Source: Chiloscyllium plagiosum
Lineage: Eukaryota
DNA: 64,000 bases
Assembly: GCF_004010195.1 (NCBI RefSeq)
Contig: NC_057720.1
Span: forward strand, 25,907,257-25,971,256
Direction: 5' to 3'
The position numbers and the translations under genes were made by a program. Numbering within the stretch: the stretch's first letter is position 1; each line of letters opens with the position of its first letter. This document shows, piece after piece, positions 63,773-64,000 of the stretch. The notes beneath the pieces were generated by a model. The model made no database searches. It saw nothing but the letters and a program-made list of their open reading frames with translations, and had not been told where the DNA came from.

Positions 63773-64000
63773 ATAGAGTCATAGAGGTTTACAGCATGGA
63801 AGCTGACCCTTTGGCTCTACTTGTCCATGCCGCCCAGTTTTCACAATAAATCTAGTCCAATTTGTCTGCATTTGATCCATATCCCTCCATACTTATCCCA
63901 ACCATGTACCTGTGCGAATGTTTCATAAATGACAAAATTGTACTCGCTTCCACCACTACCTCTGGCTGCACATTCCAGACACTCATCACCATCTGTGTGA
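63773..64000 (-). mobile_element. CR1 3' end (continues beyond the window)
   Basis: ATAGAGTCATAGAGG..ACAGCATGGAA tail. Confidence 0.82.

Overview
Eukaryotic, vertebrate intergenic or intronic DNA. The repeat families (HE1/V-domain SINEs, CR1 LINEs with (CTATGACT)n-type tails, Deu-domain SINEs, Penelope elements) point to a cartilaginous fish, probably a carpet or bamboo shark; this is inference. About 60% of the window (rough sum of my called intervals) is recognisable, mostly dead, transposable-element sequence, and almost every ORF in the supplied track is a TE fragment, an antisense shadow of one, or an N-gap artefact. I could not identify any host protein-coding exon, rRNA, true tRNA or CRISPR array. 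Main contents: many CR1 copies (one near full length, 5.7-9.6 kb); one full-length L1-clade element with intact ORF1 and a 16-bp TSD (49277-54627); a fragmented RTE LINE; several SINE families; a solo LTR; a pogo/Tigger-type MITE; a decayed Harbinger-type Myb/SANT gene; and at least four Penelope-like element (PLE) families, each carrying a minimal hammerhead ribozyme (HHR) core. The most notable pattern is five independent 100-220 bp TSD-flanked insertions built only from inverted PLE pseudo-LTR pieces, all inverting inside or beside the HHR. All family names come from motif recognition, not database searches, and boundaries of old repeats are approximate.
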